Origin: Tubulanus polymorphus
Taxonomy: Eukaryota; Animalia; Nemertea
Assembly (NCBI RefSeq): GCF_964204645.1
Contig: NC_134029.1
Span: 11,372,850 to 11,436,849 of the forward strand
DNA: 64,000 nucleotides
Reading direction: 5' to 3'
The notes under the pieces: generated by a model
The model's database searches: none
Seen by the model: the letters and a program-made list of their open reading frames with translations, nothing else
Told to the model about the DNA's origin: nothing
Shown: piece by piece, positions 62,923 through 64,000 of the stretch
Position numbering within the stretch: position 1 is the first letter of the stretch
Layout of the letters: the number at the start of each line of letters is the position of its first letter
Position numbers and translations under genes: made by a program

Positions 62923-64000
62923 TGTTTTGTCGCGTTATTTTAGTTTTGTGGTTTTGTCATAATGTCGCCTTCATTTGCATGTACGTGTTTTTTTTACGCA
63001 TGGCCCTTATCAGCCACCATACTAAAGCCTTAAGGTCGCGTAAAACTCGATAAACACTTCAAGCGACACAGCGAACGATCTCCTTTCCCCTACAGCGAAC
63101 GCTTAACCTAGTAGAGGCTACTAGCCTATGTAGGCCTATGTATATGCGTAGGCCTAACATCCGGACAGATTGGTCGTAGGCCTATTGAATTTAACAACCC
63201 ACCTAAATATCGTAAATTTTGTTTTGAAGTTCAATCCAATGAGTCCGTTAATAAACGTAACAATTGTACTGCGTTTGTTTGATACAGTAAAGCTCAGTAC
63301 CGGTAGGCCTAAAGCCGCGTCAAACTCGATAAACACTTCAAGCGACACAGCGAACGATCCCTTTCCCCCACAGCGAACGCTTACTCCGAATGTCAAGTGA
63401 GTCCAGCATACGGATAGGAGTGTGTTATATACTTGTATTTAGTAAATAACTTGTGCATTTGACAATGATCGGTATGTACTGTAGGAAATATAGAGTATTG
63501 ATGGTATTGATATAGAGGTTGAAGCCCGCGGCCGAATAAAGTAATATATTCTTTTATTTTGATACCTCGTCGACATAACAGCTTTTCTCCGCTATATCTC
63601 TTCGGCGTGTTTAGTTTAGGCCTACGATTCCCCGGTACACTAAAGATTTATCTTAGTAAATACACGGTTAATTCGGTGAAGAAAAATAGGTATTGTTATA
63701 CTAACTCCTTGAAACCCGCAGCCAAATCACTGGTAGTAATAAATTAATTTGTACTCGATTTGATTCTCATGATGAGGAGAAACTCGCAGCTGATCCCCGG
63801 AACGACGATGTAGTAACACACGTCGATTCGTCGATGTTTACGGCTCGACAGTGCTTTTAAAATCTAAAGTAGTAAATTTCCAGTGTATCGGTAATATGAT
63901 TTGATGAGGAAAATGGGCTATTGTTAAAATCACTGTTTGAAGACCGCGACTGAATTTGAAGTCTGCGGCAATAAATTAGTTCATTTATACTTGAATTGAT

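Larger units (their letters stand above)
48608..64000. mobile_element. Element A, tandem unit 3 with expanded satellite, runs off the window
   Basis: Same left end; 62923-64000 is homologous to about 21894-22975. Confidence 0.8.

Overview
Eukaryotic (probably invertebrate animal) genomic DNA built of nested mobile elements. (1) A GC-richer Polinton/Maverick (outer) occupies 1-6528 and about 29912-38457 and continues past the left edge. It shows a penton, two paralogous basic core-type proteins, a packaging ATPase, an rve integrase, a deoxynucleoside kinase, the 5' part of pPolB, accessory ORFs, subterminal repeats and a palindromic ...TACTACT terminus. (2) A very AT-rich second Polinton (inner, about 6529-29911, 391-bp TIR match) interrupts the outer pPolB. 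It carries pPolB, penton, a block of membrane proteins, major capsid protein, ATPase, integrase and HNH paralogs, with no recognisable adenain protease. Nearly all its genes start in a TAAATG context with two upstream motif classes, resembling poxvirus post-replicative promoters. (3) A Helentron/HINE-like non-autonomous element, carrying a 31-bp satellite and a second HINE, sits inside the inner Polinton (18482-23278) and forms a head-to-tail array from about 40187 to the window end, where the satellite expands to about 12 kb. Both Polintons are decaying (stops, frameshifts). Top leads: the TAAATG promoter system (possible helper-virus dependence), eight tRNA T-arm/B-box motifs next to a PLDLS-bearing ORF in the outer element, and long terminal hairpins. 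All protein calls are by motif recognition, not database search.
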